Positions 62,671 through 64,000 of a DNA stretch of 64,000 bases are shown in pieces; the first letter of the stretch is position 1, and each line of letters opens with the position of its first letter. The stretch spans positions 913,387-977,386 of the forward strand of contig RHPI01000810.1 in assembly GCA_009103225.1 (NCBI GenBank), read 5' to 3'. The notes below the pieces were generated by a model. That model ran no database searches. It saw only the letters and a program-made list of their open reading frames with translations, and had not been told where the DNA came from. Source of the stretch: Chlorokybus atmophyticus. Taxonomy: Eukaryota; Plantae; Mesostigma and Chlorokybus algae. The position numbers and the translations under genes were made by a program.

Positions 62671-64000
62671 CACTGCACCTCACACCCCCGAGCAAAACGG
62701 TGCTGCTGAGCGTCTCAACCGCACACTTGTAGAGCGTGTGCGTGTCATGCTTACAGATGCAAAGCCGAAGAAAGCTTTATGGGCTGAGGCATTTGTCACG
62801 GCCAACTACATCCATAACAGGTCACCTACGGACAACAAAGCCAAGACCCCGTGGGAGTTGTTGCATGGTGAGGCGCCCAATGTTATGCACATGCGTGTGT
62901 TTGGAGCCAAGGCATATCCGCACATCCCTAAGCACTTGAGGAGGAAGCTGGAGAATGTGAGGGAGACAGGCGTCTTTATAGGATATGAGCCCAACTCCAA
63001 GGCGTACAGGATCTTGCATGAGGACGGCAAGATTATGGTTTGAAGGGATGTTGTCTCCGACGAGAAGATGGTGGCAACAACATTGACAACACCTTCACCA
63101 ATTATGGACATTAACATTACCAATGAGCCGGAGGTCGTCGTCGCACCACTTGTCAATATGGAGGTCGCTGGTTATGCGCCACACCTCGAGGAGGAAGTGA
63201 CTGCACCTGTTGAGGAGCAGGAGAGGCGCTACCCTCTACGAACGAGAGCGCCACCACACTTCACCCAAAGGCTTCAGGCTATGAGCGCTGATATCATTGA
63301 GGATAAAGAGCCAAGCACCTACCATGAGGCCATTAGCTCCGGATGCAGAGTTGTGGCATAAGGCCATGGATGAGGAGATTGCTTCGCTTCACGCCAACAA
63401 AACTTGGGCACTTGAGCAGGTTCCACAAGGTGTGAGGCATATACTTGTCAAATGGGTGTTCAAGATAAAGCGTAACGACAAGGGCAACGTTGAGCGCTAC
63501 AAGGCGCAACTTGTGGCAAAGGGATTCCTTCAACAGGAGGGAGTTGACTACAAGGAGATATTTGCACCTGCCAGCAAGCACACAACTTTCAGAGCATTGC
63601 TCGCTAAGGTTGCTGTGGAGGACTTGGAGCTGGATCACCTAGATGTGAAGACTGCCTTCCTCTATGGAGAGTTGGAGGAACAAATCTTCGTGCAGCAACC
63701 TCAAGGGTACGAAGAGGGAGACACAGGCAAGGCATGCTTGGTACATAAGGCTTTGTATGGGCTTAGACAGGCACCATGTGTCTGGCACATTCGACTTAGC
63801 AAAGAGCTAGAAAAGATGGGCGTACAGCAGTCTGCAGCAGACTCTGGGCTCTTCATTAGTGAAGACGGACAAGTCTGGCTCCTCGTGTATGTTGATGACA
63901 TTATCCCGGCATCTGCGGATATTGCTGCAATAACCCGAATTAAGGTGACACTGCAATCTGCGTTCGAGATTCGCGACCTTGGAGATGCACACTTGTTCCT

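Larger units (their letters stand above)
58257..64000 (+). mobile_element. Decayed autonomous-type Copia, running off the window and interrupted in integrase
   Basis: 5' LTR 58257-58554; PBS AATTATGGGCCCAC; gag; CHYCDKKGHLKKDC; WHRRLGHL; MDVCGP; ...GIKHETT|APHTPEQNGAAERLNRT; EPSTYHEA; KGFLQQEGVDY; VYVDDI. Confidence 0.92.

Overview
Eukaryotic, heavily transposon-filled region with several N gaps and single-N contig joins. The organism is probably in the green lineage, possibly a streptophyte alga, inferred from a COR413-family gene, short GT-AG introns, chromodomain Gypsy elements and half-tRNA-primed Copia elements. Left to right: a full-length decayed chromovirus (883-8457, TSD GATAC) with a second inverted chromovirus nested in its RT; an intact two-exon COR413/WCOR413 gene; an unresolved multi-exon minus-strand gene, partly duplicated, probably as an assembly artefact; a large decayed Plavaka-type DNA transposon locus (about 23.6-40.1 kb); a tandem array of gag-only Copia-derived units sharing LTRs; a Helitron helicase remnant; and nested Gypsy, Copia and gag-only elements. 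The main discovery is the cargo beside the Plavaka transposase. Removing a nested Copia (29043-33979, TSD TACCA) restores the reading frame of a prokaryote/phage-like C5-cytosine methyltransferase. That domain is preceded, mostly in frame, by a JmjC-like dioxygenase, a GRF-like zinc finger and a C2HC finger. RING and OTU domains lie further upstream, and GTAC(CAT) motif clusters sit in front of each gene block. All domain calls come from manual translation and motif recognition, not database searches.
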